Positions 1 to 10,088 of a stretch of 64,000 nucleotides of DNA are shown piece by piece. Under the pieces are notes generated by a model that made no database searches, had not been told where the DNA came from, and saw nothing but the letters and a program-made list of their open reading frames with translations. Each line of letters opens with the position of its first letter. The stretch's first letter is position 1. Origin of the DNA: an uncultured bacterium (GTDB lineage Bacteria > Hydrogenedentota > CAZGCA01 > CBFDCQ01); contig CBFDCQ010000001.1 of NCBI GenBank assembly GCA_965603355.1, positions 42,350 through 106,349 on the forward strand. The letters run 5' to 3'. The translations under genes and the position numbers were made by a program.

Positions 1-420
1 TGCCAGGAATCCGGCCGACAGTACGAACCACCATTTGTGAGGTACCTCAGTCAATCCGAACCGTTGCCGCAACAACTCGAGCGCGAGCATACCAAGAACC
101 AGCCCGCCGAGCATAGGTTTCAACGTAGCGCTGTCGATTCGCGACAACGTTAATGCGCCGGCAGCTATGCCAACCGCCACGGCGGGGAACAATCCCCATA
201 GCCGATCCCATTGCGTATACTTCCGGTAATAGGTAACAGCGAACATATCGCCGACGATTAGCATCAGCAACAACGCACCGACAGACTGTTTCGCCGGGAA
301 CAACATCGCCATCAACGGCACGATCAGTATACCCAGACCCGGCACGCCCGTCTTCGTTAACCCGACGAACAATGCTGCGACTAGTCCTAGAAGTAAAGAC
401 GAGATTTCGAAATCCACCAT
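1..420 (-). CDS. TSUP-family (TauE/SafE-like) membrane permease, partial; N-terminus at 420, C-terminus runs off the window
   Basis: The reverse strand translates as MVDFEISSLLLGLVAALFVGLTKTGVPGLGILIVPLMAMLFPAKQSVGALLLMLIVGDMF..., hydrophobic helices with the TSUP 'GxGGG-like' N-terminus. It is absent from the ORF track only because it has no stop inside the window. Confidence 0.6.
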   Translation of the reverse strand, partial: MVDFEISSLLLGLVAALFVGLTKTGVPGLGILIVPLMAMLFPAKQSVGALLLMLIVGDMFAVTYYRKYTQWDRLWGLFPAVAVGIAAGALTLSRIDSATLKPMLGGLVLGMLALELLRQRFGLTEVPHKWWFVLSAGFLA

Positions 421-710
421 AGGATCGCGCTCACCATGTGTTCCTTACCAGTATTCGGATATGCCGACGATACGCACGATGAAGACATATTGTAACAGAA
501 TCAGCGTAAGGAATCGACAGAATGAGACCTCGAGGTTGAGAACTCATTACGGCAGTCCTGGTCAAGCATTGACAGCCAACGCCACCGCGCCTACAATAAC
601 TCAAGACCTGCCCGTGGTGGTCGCGGGCAGGTCCATAGGGGAAATCAGGGCTAACCAGGGTTGCGAGTATCGGGTTTTTCCAGGCATTGACAAGACGGGA
701 GGATTGAACC

Positions 711-1127
711 ATGAGTAAACGTGAAATGAAGAAGCTACTGGCCGTTGTGATGACTGTGACACTTCTTTGCGGTTGTGCCACGCTTCTGGGGGGTCCGTCT
801 GATGAGGAGTCGATTCAGACCATGCTCAGCGATTGGAAAGCCGCGCTGGAATCAGAGAATCTCGACGACATTATGGCGTTTTATTCCGAAGACTATAAGG
901 ATGAGCAAATCGAGAGCAAGGATGAGCTCCAAAATTTCATAGGTCGTGCCATCGACCAGGGCTACCTGGCGAGCGTCGACATATTCATAGAAGACGCGAT
1001 TATCGAGGTAGACGGCGATACGGCGACGGCCGGACCGGTGCAGCTCGCAGTATCCATGTCGGTCAAGTACCAACTCAAGAAGGAAGGGAAGAGCTGGCGT
1101 ATCGTCGGCGCCGAGCAGGACTACTAG
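711..1127 (+). CDS. small secreted lipoprotein, possibly with a SnoaL/NTF2-like fold
   Basis: RBS GGGAGG before the ATG. The N-terminus MSKREMKKLLAVVMTVTLLCGCATLL is a type II signal peptide with a lipobox Cys. No overlap with a better ORF. Confidence 0.55.
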   Translation: MSKREMKKLLAVVMTVTLLCGCATLLGGPSDEESIQTMLSDWKAALESENLDDIMAFYSEDYKDEQIESKDELQNFIGRAIDQGYLASVDIFIEDAIIEVDGDTATAGPVQLAVSMSVKYQLKKEGKSWRIVGAEQDY

Positions 1128-1341
1128 CTTCACCCGTGTTCCTACCGTGATATCTGCCCTTGGCATTACCGGCGTCCTTGAAGGACGGGGGCGGTTTAGC
1201 GTATAATATGTTGCAGCACATAGGATTGTGCTGGGAGTTGGCGAGTCGTATCCGGCGTTAATTCGTTTGGGCCCGATAACATTGTTGATGCATCTTCTTC
1301 TTCACCATAACCGTACCGGCTGTCCCTCGTTAGGCCGCCGG

Positions 1342-2160
1342 ATGGTGCTTGCGAGCGTGTGGGTTGCCGCTCTGTCCATCACAACCGGCTTGTGTGAGGC
1401 TGCGCCGCGGTTGGACGTTCAGCTGCCTGCGCGCGATCCAATAATCGAGAGGTCTTTCCCGTTAAGAGTTATTGTGACGTGGGAAGGTAGCGCGGACGCT
1501 TACCGGTTCCTGCCGCTCCGACTGCCGGAAAGGGAAGATGTCACTGCCACGGATTCAGCGATGTCCTCCTCGACGAGCGGGCAGAGGAACCGTGTGCAGT
1601 ATGTGGTACATCTCACCGCTGCCAGAAAGGGCGAGATGACCCTGGGCAGCGTCACCGTGCCGTACCGTGTTGCGGGTTCCGATGAGGGCCAATCGTTGCA
1701 GTCCGATTCCGTCACATTCAACGTGCGTGGCAACCCTCTGCCGATGCAGATTCTCATGGGCGGTGTGTCGGCAGGGAGCGTCATCGGTCTGTTGCTGCTG
1801 TTGAGGAGCATCGCCGCGTCACGTCGCGAGCGGCGTAAAGAGCAGGAGTGGATTGACGAGGATGAGCGCGAGAGGGATTCGCTCGAGAAGCTTGAGGAAC
1901 TCAAATCGCTGCGAATAGCCGGCGATCTGGGCGAGTACCTGGTGGGTCTCGCGGATATCGCGTCGGGATGCGGTCGGCTGGTTTGCGAATCCGCCCGGTT
2001 CAAGGAACTTAAAGAGGTTGCCGAGAAGACCAAATTCAGCGGGTATCATCCGAGCGTCGAGGAGCTCGATTCGAGTTACAAGAGGGTGGAACGGTGGGTC
2101 AAGCGCAGTGCGGAACAGCCTGCAAGAGATGCAGGACCCATTTCAGCAACGAACGGTTGA
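1342..2160 (+). CDS. BatD-like short paralog: signal peptide, beta domain, one TM helix, cytoplasmic helical tail
   Basis: The internal Met gives the signal peptide MVLASVWVAALSITTGLCEAAP, followed by a TM helix (VSAGSVIGLLLLLRSIAA) and an RRERRK stop-transfer. It has the same architecture as the 4188..5210 protein and lies immediately upstream of moxR. Confidence 0.45.
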   Translation: MVLASVWVAALSITTGLCEAAPRLDVQLPARDPIIERSFPLRVIVTWEGSADAYRFLPLRLPEREDVTATDSAMSSSTSGQRNRVQYVVHLTAARKGEMTLGSVTVPYRVAGSDEGQSLQSDSVTFNVRGNPLPMQILMGGVSAGSVIGLLLLLRSIAASRRERRKEQEWIDEDERERDSLEKLEELKSLRIAGDLGEYLVGLADIASGCGRLVCESARFKELKEVAEKTKFSGYHPSVEELDSSYKRVERWVKRSAEQPARDAGPISATNG

Positions 2161-2172
2161 GGAGATAGCGCC

Positions 2173-3159
2173 ATGGCTTTTGACGTTAGAGAGATAACGG
2201 AACGCGTGCGGGAACAGAGCCGGTTCGTCAAGGCGATTACCGATGAGATCGGCAAGGTTATAGTCGGCCAGAAGTACATGATCGAGCGGTTGTTGATAGG
2301 TCTTCTCGCCGACGGACACGTTCTGGTGGAAGGCGTGCCGGGACTTGCCAAGACCACGGCGGTCAGGTGTCTGGCGGATGCGGTCAAGCTGAAGTTCCAG
2401 CGCCTGCAGTTCACCCCGGACCTTCTTCCGGCGGACCTGATCGGGACGCTGATCTACAATCCTAAGACCGGCGAGTTTACCACTCGTAAGGGCCCGCTCT
2501 TCGCCAACATAATCTTAGCGGACGAGATCAATCGCGCGCCCGCCAAGGTCCAGAGCGCGCTGCTCGAGGCAATGCAGGAAAGACAGGTGACCATCGGCGA
2601 GAACACGTTCCCGCTGGACGAGCCGTTTCTCGTCATGGCCACGCAGAACCCCATCGAGCAGGAGGGTACGTATCCGCTGCCGGAAGCGCAGGTCGACCGG
2701 TTCATGCTGAAGCTGCGAATCACTTATCCGAACAAGCAGGAAGAACGTCAGATAATGGAGCGGATAGAGGTTGGGCGGAAGTTCACACTCGAGCCGGTCA
2801 TCTCGCCCGAAGACATAGTCCAGGCCCGCAACATCGTCAATGAGGTCTACATCGACGACAAGATCAAGGATTACATTGTGGACATCGTCCTGGCTACGCG
2901 CGAGCCGAAGGAGTACGGGTTGGACCTGGAACACCTTATCGAGTACGGTGCATCGCCGCGCGCTTCGATCTACCTCAAACAGACAGCGCGCGCGTACGCT
3001 TTTCTTCAAGGACGAGGGTACGTGAGCCCGCAGGATGTGAAGTCCGTCGGGATGGATGTCCTGCGCCACCGTATCATCATCACCTACGAGGCGGAAGCGG
3101 AAGAGATGACAAGTGAGGACATAGTGCGGCGCGTTTTCGACGGGGTGGAAGTACCTTGA
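2173..3159 (+). CDS. MoxR-family AAA+ ATPase
   Basis: Walker A GVPGLAKT, Walker B ILADEINRA, and the MoxR signature LLEAMQERQVTIGENTFPLDEPFLVMATQNP. 328 aa. The next gene starts 4 nt before this one ends. Confidence 0.9.
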   Translation: MAFDVREITERVREQSRFVKAITDEIGKVIVGQKYMIERLLIGLLADGHVLVEGVPGLAKTTAVRCLADAVKLKFQRLQFTPDLLPADLIGTLIYNPKTGEFTTRKGPLFANIILADEINRAPAKVQSALLEAMQERQVTIGENTFPLDEPFLVMATQNPIEQEGTYPLPEAQVDRFMLKLRITYPNKQEERQIMERIEVGRKFTLEPVISPEDIVQARNIVNEVYIDDKIKDYIVDIVLATREPKEYGLDLEHLIEYGASPRASIYLKQTARAYAFLQGRGYVSPQDVKSVGMDVLRHRIIITYEAEAEEMTSEDIVRRVFDGVEVP

Positions 3160-4034
3160 TATCAAGAGAGCTGCTAAGAACAGTACGTAGAATACAGATC
3201 CGGACGAGCCGGCTTGTGAACGACGTTCTCGCGGGCCAGTACGAGAGCGTGTTCAAGGGCAGGGGTATGGAGTTCAAGGAGGTGCGCGAGTACCAGCCGG
3301 GCGACGAAATCCGGTTCATTGACTGGAACGTCACGGCGAGGATGGACCGCCCGTACGTGAAGCTCTTCGCGGAAGAGCGCGAGCTGACCGTGATGCTCGT
3401 GGTTGACATGAGCGGGTCCGGCATGTTCGGCACGGGCGACAAACTGAAGAACGAACTGGCTGCAGAACTGTGCGCGGTGCTGGCTTTTTCCGCCATCAAG
3501 AACAACGACAAGGTCGGACTCATAATGTTCACGGACGAGGTCGAGAAATATGTGCCGCCCAAGAAGGGCAGGACAAACGTGCTGCGGGTCGTGCGCGAAG
3601 TGTTGTATTTCAAGCCGCGCGGCACCGGCACCAACATACCTGCGGCGCTGGAGTTTCTCGACAGGGTAACGACACGACGGTGCGTGCTGTTCCTGGTTTC
3701 GGACTTCATGGCGGCAGGGTACGAACACGCGATGCGGATCGCTAACAAACGGCACGATCTTATCGGGGTCACCATTAACGATCCTCGAGAGAGGGAACTG
3801 CCGGATGTCGGCATGATCGAACTGAGAGACGCGGAAACCGGCCAGTACGTGTTTGTGGACACTCACGACCGGCGCGTACGTCAGGAGTACCGCAGCAAGA
3901 ACCTGAAGCGCATCGCAGAGCGCAATGGACTGTTCCGGTCAACGAGCGTGGATGTGATTGACGTGTTCACGGACAAGCCGTATGGAGAGGCGCTCTACAA
4001 GTTCTTCAGGATGCGCGAACGGCGGCTGGCGTGA
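3156..4034 (+). CDS. DUF58 (vWA-like) protein, the usual partner of MoxR
   Basis: Conserved DUF58 motifs YQPGDEIRFIDWNVTAR and LVVDMSGSGMFG (MIDAS-like), and it sits directly downstream of MoxR. Confidence 0.85.
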   Translation: MISRELLRTVRRIQIRTSRLVNDVLAGQYESVFKGRGMEFKEVREYQPGDEIRFIDWNVTARMDRPYVKLFAEERELTVMLVVDMSGSGMFGTGDKLKNELAAELCAVLAFSAIKNNDKVGLIMFTDEVEKYVPPKKGRTNVLRVVREVLYFKPRGTGTNIPAALEFLDRVTTRRCVLFLVSDFMAAGYEHAMRIANKRHDLIGVTINDPRERELPDVGMIELRDAETGQYVFVDTHDRRVRQEYRSKNLKRIAERNGLFRSTSVDVIDVFTDKPYGEALYKFFRMRERRLA

Positions 4035-4187
4035 CTCGGTATGCAGTAGACCGTAGACGGAATGCGGGAGAGGTAGGCCGGGCATCCTGCCCGGCGTTGC
4101 AGGTGAGCAAGAACCACTGTGTTGGGTGTCAATCGATCAAGACCAATGGAATCTAGGGCGCGGCAAACAGCGCCCCTACGGATTACG

Positions 4188-5210
4188 ATGTTGGACAAAA
4201 AACAGTTCGCTCTGATTCTCGGATCTTGCGCGGTGTTCCTGACCGCTTTCTGTTGGATTCAATCGTCATCCTCCAGCCAACCCGTGCGGAACGGGGCGGA
4301 AGAGGCAGCACCGATAAAGGTGACGGCTCAGCTCGACAGGAACGTCATCACTATCGGCGACAAGATCAAGTACGAGCTGATTGTCGAAGCACAGCCGGAC
4401 GTCGAGTATAGCTTTCCGGAGTTCGGCAGTAACCTCGGCGGCTTGGCAGTCAAAGATTTCGGGCACACGCCGGAACGAAGAGAGCGCGACGGAACCGTCC
4501 TGGCAAGCAGGTGGTACGTTTTGGACACCTACGTCACCGGCACTTACGAGATTCCTCCGGCGCCGTTCCGATACAAGCTGGAAGGCCAGGATACGGAACA
4601 GACCATCTACGCGCCCCAGCTCTCGGTGCTCGTGGAGAGCCTCCTCGAAAAGGAGGTAGATGCTACGGATATCCGCGACATAAAAGGCCCGGTGGAGTTG
4701 CCTGCTGACCGCACCAAGATCTACATTGCGGTCGGCTCAGTCCTCGCCGCCGTGATGGTTGGTCTCGTTACTATATTCCTGCTGAAACGGCGCCGGCGGC
4801 GTATAGAGATCGAGTCGGTCGAGATGCCGTGGGAGACCGCTTTGAGGCAGCTTGACGCGCTCAGGTCGTTCGATCCCCTGAAAGAGGGTCGTATCGAGGA
4901 GTTTTACGTTAGCCTTTCCGGCATAGTCAGACACTACCTGGAAAGGCGGTTCGGGCTCAGAGCGCCTGAGATGACCACGGAGGAGTTCCTTGACCTGATG
5001 TCGCGCGACGGTACCCTCGCGGGTGAGCATAAGCAGCTCATGCAGGAGTTCCTGGCACACTGTGACCTCGTCAAATTCGCGCGTTACGGACCGTCGCGTA
5101 ACGAGATAGAAGGAGCTTACGGGTCGGCAAGCCGTCTCGTCAAGGAGACGATCCCTCAGGAGACCGAGGAGCCGACGAAACGGGCGGATGGGGCAGAGGG
5201 GGCAGAATGA
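4188..5210 (+). CDS. BatD-like / DUF4381-type membrane protein (signal peptide, beta domain, TM helix, cytoplasmic domain)
   Basis: Signal peptide MLDKKQFALILGSCAVFLTAFCW, TM helix IYIAVGSVLAAVMVGLVTIFLL followed by KRRRRR. Position between DUF58 and batA is typical for Bat loci. The start was chosen at the internal Met. Confidence 0.5.
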   Translation: MLDKKQFALILGSCAVFLTAFCWIQSSSSSQPVRNGAEEAAPIKVTAQLDRNVITIGDKIKYELIVEAQPDVEYSFPEFGSNLGGLAVKDFGHTPERRERDGTVLASRWYVLDTYVTGTYEIPPAPFRYKLEGQDTEQTIYAPQLSVLVESLLEKEVDATDIRDIKGPVELPADRTKIYIAVGSVLAAVMVGLVTIFLLKRRRRRIEIESVEMPWETALRQLDALRSFDPLKEGRIEEFYVSLSGIVRHYLERRFGLRAPEMTTEEFLDLMSRDGTLAGEHKQLMQEFLAHCDLVKFARYGPSRNEIEGAYGSASRLVKETIPQETEEPTKRADGAEGAE

Positions 5211-6205
5211 CTTTCAGAGACCCGATATTCCTCTTGCTCCTGCTCACGGTGCCGGTGATCCTGGCAGGCCATTTTCTGCGCAGGTCGCGCGGGCACGTGC
5301 GGTTCTCATCCGTACGAGTGTTGCGGCAGATCAGGCAGCCGGCGTCCGTCAAGGCGCGGCGATTCATACCGGTATTCGCAGCGGCCGCCGTGGCCCTTTT
5401 TTCGCTCGCTCTCGCAAGACCGCAGAAGGGGATCGAGTACACGTCCATAACCACCGAGGGGATAGATATCGAGCTGGTAGTAGATGTTTCCGGCAGTATG
5501 CTCGCGCTCGACTTTGAGATCGACGGGGAGCGCAGAGACAGGCTTTACGTGGCGAAGGAGGTGCTGAAGGATTTCGTTCAGGGACGCATCGGTGACCGGA
5601 TAGGCCTGGTAGTTTTCGCCGGACTCCCGTACACGCAATGCCCGCTGACGCTGGATTATGATGTGCTTGTCTCTCTGCTGGACCGCGCACAGATCGGTAT
5701 GGTGCAGGACGGGACCGCTATCGGGTCAGCCATAGGAACCGGCGTAATGAGGCTCAAGGACTCGCAGGCCACGAGCCGCGTCATAATCCTGCTCACCGAC
5801 GGCATCAACAACAAGGGAAAAGTTAGCCCGGACACCGCCGCGAATCTCGCGAAGGAGTTGGGCATAAAAGTCTATGCAGTCGGTGTAGGCAGTAGGGGAC
5901 TTGTTCCTTACCCCTGGAGGAAGGACGTTTTCGGCAACATCATCTATCGCAACAGGGAACTGCCTGTTGATGACGAAGGGCTCACGCGTGTTGCCGAGAC
6001 GACCGGAGGAAAGTACTGGCGGGCAACCGATTCAGAGGCTTTGAGAGAAATCTACGCTGAAATAGACAAGTTGGAGAAAACCGAGGCTAAGATCGACAAG
6101 TACGCGGAATATGACGAGATGTTCTCGTACTTCGCGGTGCCGGGATTAGTTTTACTCGTTCTCGGCGCACTGCTCGAGAACACCAGGTTTGCTCGGATAC
6201 CATAA
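5207..6205 (+). CDS. batA: VWA-domain protein BatA
   Basis: N-terminal TM helices, vWA MIDAS DVSGSM with a later TDG element, and a C-terminal TM helix. Overlaps its neighbours by 4 nt (operon). Confidence 0.85.
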   Translation: MTFRDPIFLLLLLTVPVILAGHFLRRSRGHVRFSSVRVLRQIRQPASVKARRFIPVFAAAAVALFSLALARPQKGIEYTSITTEGIDIELVVDVSGSMLALDFEIDGERRDRLYVAKEVLKDFVQGRIGDRIGLVVFAGLPYTQCPLTLDYDVLVSLLDRAQIGMVQDGTAIGSAIGTGVMRLKDSQATSRVIILLTDGINNKGKVSPDTAANLAKELGIKVYAVGVGSRGLVPYPWRKDVFGNIIYRNRELPVDDEGLTRVAETTGGKYWRATDSEALREIYAEIDKLEKTEAKIDKYAEYDEMFSYFAVPGLVLLVLGALLENTRFARIP

Positions 6206-7250
6206 AGCAATGGAGATCACGTACGGTAACCTCAATTTCCTTTATCTGCTTTTCGCCGTAGCGGCTGTCGGCGCTCTGCTGCTCTGGTCCTTCATGCACA
6301 GACGCAGGCTCCTGGAGCGATTTACGGGCGAGGCGCTGGTCGGGAAGCTCGCGGTGGGGACCGACCCGCGCGGCTACAAGGTGAATGCTGTACTCCTTCT
6401 GGCGGGTATGACGTTTATTATATTGAGCCTGGTGGAGCCGAAATGGGGTTACCATATCGAACAAGTTCAGAGGCACGGTGTCGACATAGTGGTTGCCGTC
6501 GATACATCAAAGAGTATGCTGGCGGAAGACGTCAAGCCGAACAGGCTGGCTTATGCCAAGCGCGAGATCGAGGATCTTCTGAAGGTAATGCAAGGCGACA
6601 GAATAGCTATCGTCGCGTTCGCGGGGACGGCGTTCGCACAATGTCCGCTCACGCTCGATTACGCTTTTGCGCGGATGGTTCTCAACGACATCGACACCAG
6701 GTCCATTCCGCAGGGAGGCACTGCACTTGCAGAAGCGATACAGAAGTCGCTGGAGGCGTTTCAGGACCCTCTCAAGAAGCACAAGGCTATCATAGTCCTC
6801 ACGGACGGGGAGGACCACGAGGGATGGGTCGACACGGCGGCCCTGTTTGCCAAAGATGCGGGGGTGAACGTATATGTCGTAGGTATAGGCGAGCCTGAAG
6901 GTTCGCTTGTCCCTGTGCAGGACGAATCCGGTGCCCGGACGTATATCAAGGACGAGGGCGAACCGGTGCTCTCCAAGCTGAACGAGGAAATGCTTCACGA
7001 GATCGCCTTCGCGACCGGCGGGGCGTACGTTCACGGAGGAGGAGCGCGTTCCGCACTCCAGGACATATATGAGGAGTGGATTGTAGGGATGGAGAAGAAG
7101 GAACTGGCCAGCGGTGAGGTAAAGCGGTACGACAACCGTTATCAGATCCCTCTGGCGGCCGGTACCGTGCTTTTACTGTTGCAGCAGGGTTTTCTCGCAA
7201 GCCTGATAGAGGCAGGACGAAGGTCGCTGCGGTTGAAAAGAGCGGCGTAA
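6189..7250 (+). CDS. batB: VWA-domain protein BatB
   Basis: Two N-terminal TM helices and vWA motifs DTSKSM and LTDGEDHEG. Follows batA. Confidence 0.85.
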   Translation: MLGYHKAMEITYGNLNFLYLLFAVAAVGALLLWSFMHRRRLLERFTGEALVGKLAVGTDPRGYKVNAVLLLAGMTFIILSLVEPKWGYHIEQVQRHGVDIVVAVDTSKSMLAEDVKPNRLAYAKREIEDLLKVMQGDRIAIVAFAGTAFAQCPLTLDYAFARMVLNDIDTRSIPQGGTALAEAIQKSLEAFQDPLKKHKAIIVLTDGEDHEGWVDTAALFAKDAGVNVYVVGIGEPEGSLVPVQDESGARTYIKDEGEPVLSKLNEEMLHEIAFATGGAYVHGGGARSALQDIYEEWIVGMEKKELASGEVKRYDNRYQIPLAAGTVLLLLQQGFLASLIEAGRRSLRLKRAA

Positions 7251-7267
7251 CGAGGAGTTGGCAGGTT

Positions 7268-8173
7268 TTGGCTGGGAATCACCATAGCAGGGTGTTGAAT
7301 AGAAGGTGTTGGGCGGCGTGTATCGGCGCGATTGCGCTCCTGCACGCTGCGACGTGTGTCGGGGAATCTCTGCGCGCCAAGATCCACGAAGGCAATGCCC
7401 TCTATCATGAGGGGCTCTATGACGACGCGCTTGAAGTGTATACCGACGCGCAGATTGATGCGCCGGAATCGCCTGAGCTGCACTTCAACATAGGCAACGT
7501 GGGTTATCGTAAGGAAGATCATGAAAATGCAATAGAAACGTACGGGAAATCGTTCAATACTGATGATATACATCTGGAATCCAGGGCAGACTACAATATC
7601 GGCAACGCCACGTACAGACTGGGCGAGAAGGCCGGCAACGACGTAGCGCTGTTGCGGGAGGCGGTTGAACATTATAGAAAAGCCATAGAACTTGACCCAA
7701 CCGATGAGGATGCCAAGTTTAACTTTGAGTTTGTCGAGAAGAAGATTAAGGACGAAATGAACAAGCAGAAGGAAGAACAGGAACAAGAGCAGGAGCAGGA
7801 GCAGGAGCAACAGCAGCAAGAAGAACAGCAACCGCAGGACGAACAACAAGAGGCAGACGAGTCCTCCGAGCAGGAGAGGCAAGAGCAGGCCAGCGAACAA
7901 GAGCAGGAGGGGAAACCTGAAGAGGAAGAGGAAGAGGAAGAGGAACAGCAACAGGAACAAGGCGCCGAGCAAGAAGAGGGCGACCGATCCGAACCGGCGC
8001 CTCAGACCATTCCTGTGGCGCCTGGCCAGGAACAGGCCGGGCCTGCCCCGGAGGATGAGGGGCTTGCGGAACAGGAGATTTTTAGTATACTTCAGGGGGA
8101 GGAGAAGGCTGCACGGGAGCAGGCACCTGCTCTCATGGTGCCCTATACGGGGCGCGTTACAAAGGATTGGTGA
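7268..8173 (+). CDS. batC: TPR-repeat protein BatC with a long acidic E/Q-rich low-complexity region
   Basis: N-terminal TM or signal segment, TPR-like repeats (YHEGLYDDALEVY, HFNIGNVGY, DYNIGNATY, AVEHYRKAIELDP), then roughly 70 aa of QEQEQE/EEEEE. Confidence 0.75.
   Translation: MAGNHHSRVLNRRCWAACIGAIALLHAATCVGESLRAKIHEGNALYHEGLYDDALEVYTDAQIDAPESPELHFNIGNVGYRKEDHENAIETYGKSFNTDDIHLESRADYNIGNATYRLGEKAGNDVALLREAVEHYRKAIELDPTDEDAKFNFEFVEKKIKDEMNKQKEEQEQEQEQEQEQQQQEEQQPQDEQQEADESSEQERQEQASEQEQEGKPEEEEEEEEEQQQEQGAEQEEGDRSEPAPQTIPVAPGQEQAGPAPEDEGLAEQEIFSILQGEEKAAREQAPALMVPYTGRVTKDW
7768..7985 (+). repeat. imperfect GAR/CAG trinucleotide repeat tract encoding the E/Q-rich region of BatC
   Basis: Repeats of gaacag gagcag gagcag gagcaa cagcag..., then gaagaggaagaggaagaggaagag. 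Confidence 0.6.
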
Positions 8174-8239
8174 ATGAGGTGGCACCACGACGTCTGTAAC
8201 GGGCGTCGGGGATAGTCGAAGAGAAGGTATCGCATACAT

Positions 8240-10066
8240 ATGGCACGCAGGTTTCTAACGTTGGCTTTGCTGGCGGTGTCGGCGCTGCTATGCGCAAATG
8301 CCGCAGCCCAGATCACGTTCACCGCATCCGTCGACAAGAACGTGGTCGCCATTGGAGATACCATAGTCCTGACTCTGACGATGGGCGGTGCACCGCAATT
8401 TCCCGAACCCGAACTGCCTCCGCTTATCGGTTTTGACCTGCTACACGACCGCGCGACGAAAATCAGCAGCACGTTCATAAACGGCGTAAGGACCTCCTCG
8501 GTAGCCCGCCAGTATACACTCGCTCCCAGGGAGAAAGGCAAGTTCGTGATAGGCGCCGCAACGCTCAGGCATGACGGTGCAGTCTACCGCACCGAGCCCA
8601 TTCAGGTACAGGTTGTGACGACTCGTGAGCTGCCCCAGGAGGTACCTACCCAAGCCGAGAACTTGTTCACAACGCTCAGCGCGGACAAAGACGAGGCATT
8701 TCTGGGCGAACAGGTTAACCTGTATTTGCGATTGTACTTTCGACAAGTTCAGCCGGTTGGCGAACTGAAAGTCGAAGGCCCCGATACTGACGCGTTCGTG
8801 AGATACGACCTGTCTTCCAGGCGATTCCGAACCAGGCGAGACCGTTTCATATACGAGGTCGTGGAACTGCCTGTGGTGCTTTTTCCGCTAAAGACGGGCG
8901 AGATCACTATACCTCCGGTCGTCATAACAGGGCAGGTCAGGGTGCAAGCGCGCCGCAGGGGCAGGACCGTACCGCGCGGGTTCGACGACTTCTTCTTTGA
9001 CAGATACACGGAGAAGCAGTACAGAGTCTCCACGGACCCGGTAACCATCCTGGTGAAACCGCTGCCCGAGGACGACAAACCTGAAGATTTTTCCGGCAAT
9101 GTCGGAAGCTATTCCCTGGAAGCCTATGCAAAACCGTCACAGGTCAGGGTTGGCGAGCCGATCACGGTCACGATGAGGGTTACGGGCTCAGGCAATCTGG
9201 AGGCGGTGAACGCACCTGTCTTGAGCGACATAGAGCACTTCAAGACGTACGAGCCGGAGATTACCACCGACATTGAGGGAAAAGAACCGATATTCACGGG
9301 ACAGAGGAGTTTCGAGACGATACTGGTGCCTCAACGGTCCGGCAGACAGGTCATTCGTAACGTCAAGGTCAATTTCTTCGACCCGAAAAAAGAGAAGTAC
9401 GTGACGTTGGCGAAAGGTTCGTTCGAGTTCGATGTTTTGCCCGCGCCTGTCGAGCCTATGAGGCGCGTGGTACAGGTGGAGACCGGTTCCGGCAAGACGG
9501 AGATAAGGGTCGTCGGAGAGGATATCGGTCCGATTTTCACTGAAATCAGGCGTGCCGGGAACGTCGAGCCACCTGGCACAATAGCCTTCTCGTTCTCGTT
9601 GACCGTACCGCCTTTGGCGTATGCGATGTTGCTTGCATTGGTCACGCGGAAACGCCGGCTGGCTTCGGACGTCGCGTACGCAAGAAAACAGAGGGCGACC
9701 CGTGACGCCAGGAGAAGGCTGGCCGCTGCAACCAGAGCGCTCAACCGGGGAGAGGGGGCCAGCTTCTACGGAGAGGTGACGAAAGCGATGACCGGGTTTG
9801 TGGCTGACAGGACCGGTATGCCTCGCGCAGGGCTGACTGCGGGCGACGTCAGAGAGAAGCTGGAATCCGCCGGCGTCTCCGTGGATCTCGTGAACCGCGT
9901 TACGAGCATTCTGGAGGCATGCGATTACTGGCGGTTTGCGGCGTCCGCGCACAAGCCGGAGGAGATGAAATCCATGTTGGATAGCGCGAAGTACGTGCTC
10001 TCGGAACTCCAGAAGGTGCTCGGCCGCCCTGGACAGGCAGGGCGGGCATCACGCCCGGCAATGTAA
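8240..10066 (+). CDS. batD: BatD (oxygen-tolerance protein): multi beta-sandwich periplasmic domains, a C-terminal TM helix and a cytoplasmic tail
   Basis: Signal peptide MARRFLTLALLAVSALLCANAAAQ. 608 aa with a TM helix near residue 455 (IAFSFSLTVPPLAYAMLLALV) followed by RKRR. Typical BatD size and organisation. Confidence 0.8.
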   Translation: MARRFLTLALLAVSALLCANAAAQITFTASVDKNVVAIGDTIVLTLTMGGAPQFPEPELPPLIGFDLLHDRATKISSTFINGVRTSSVARQYTLAPREKGKFVIGAATLRHDGAVYRTEPIQVQVVTTRELPQEVPTQAENLFTTLSADKDEAFLGEQVNLYLRLYFRQVQPVGELKVEGPDTDAFVRYDLSSRRFRTRRDRFIYEVVELPVVLFPLKTGEITIPPVVITGQVRVQARRRGRTVPRGFDDFFFDRYTEKQYRVSTDPVTILVKPLPEDDKPEDFSGNVGSYSLEAYAKPSQVRVGEPITVTMRVTGSGNLEAVNAPVLSDIEHFKTYEPEITTDIEGKEPIFTGQRSFETILVPQRSGRQVIRNVKVNFFDPKKEKYVTLAKGSFEFDVLPAPVEPMRRVVQVETGSGKTEIRVVGEDIGPIFTEIRRAGNVEPPGTIAFSFSLTVPPLAYAMLLALVTRKRRLASDVAYARKQRATRDARRRLAAATRALNRGEGASFYGEVTKAMTGFVADRTGMPRAGLTAGDVREKLESAGVSVDLVNRVTSILEACDYWRFAASAHKPEEMKSMLDSAKYVLSELQKVLGRPGQAGRASRPAM

Positions 10067-10088
10067 GGCCCCGGAGGTACGGGAGCTG

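Noticed and set aside
3080-3866. Two overlapping minus-strand ORFs (260 aa and 230 aa)
   Set aside because: Antisense to the DUF58 gene, which carries the conserved DUF58/MIDAS motifs.
7142-8239. 365-aa minus-strand ORF rich in poly-Leu/Phe
   Set aside because: It is the antisense of the GAR/CAG repeat in batC. The plus-strand TPR protein is the real gene.
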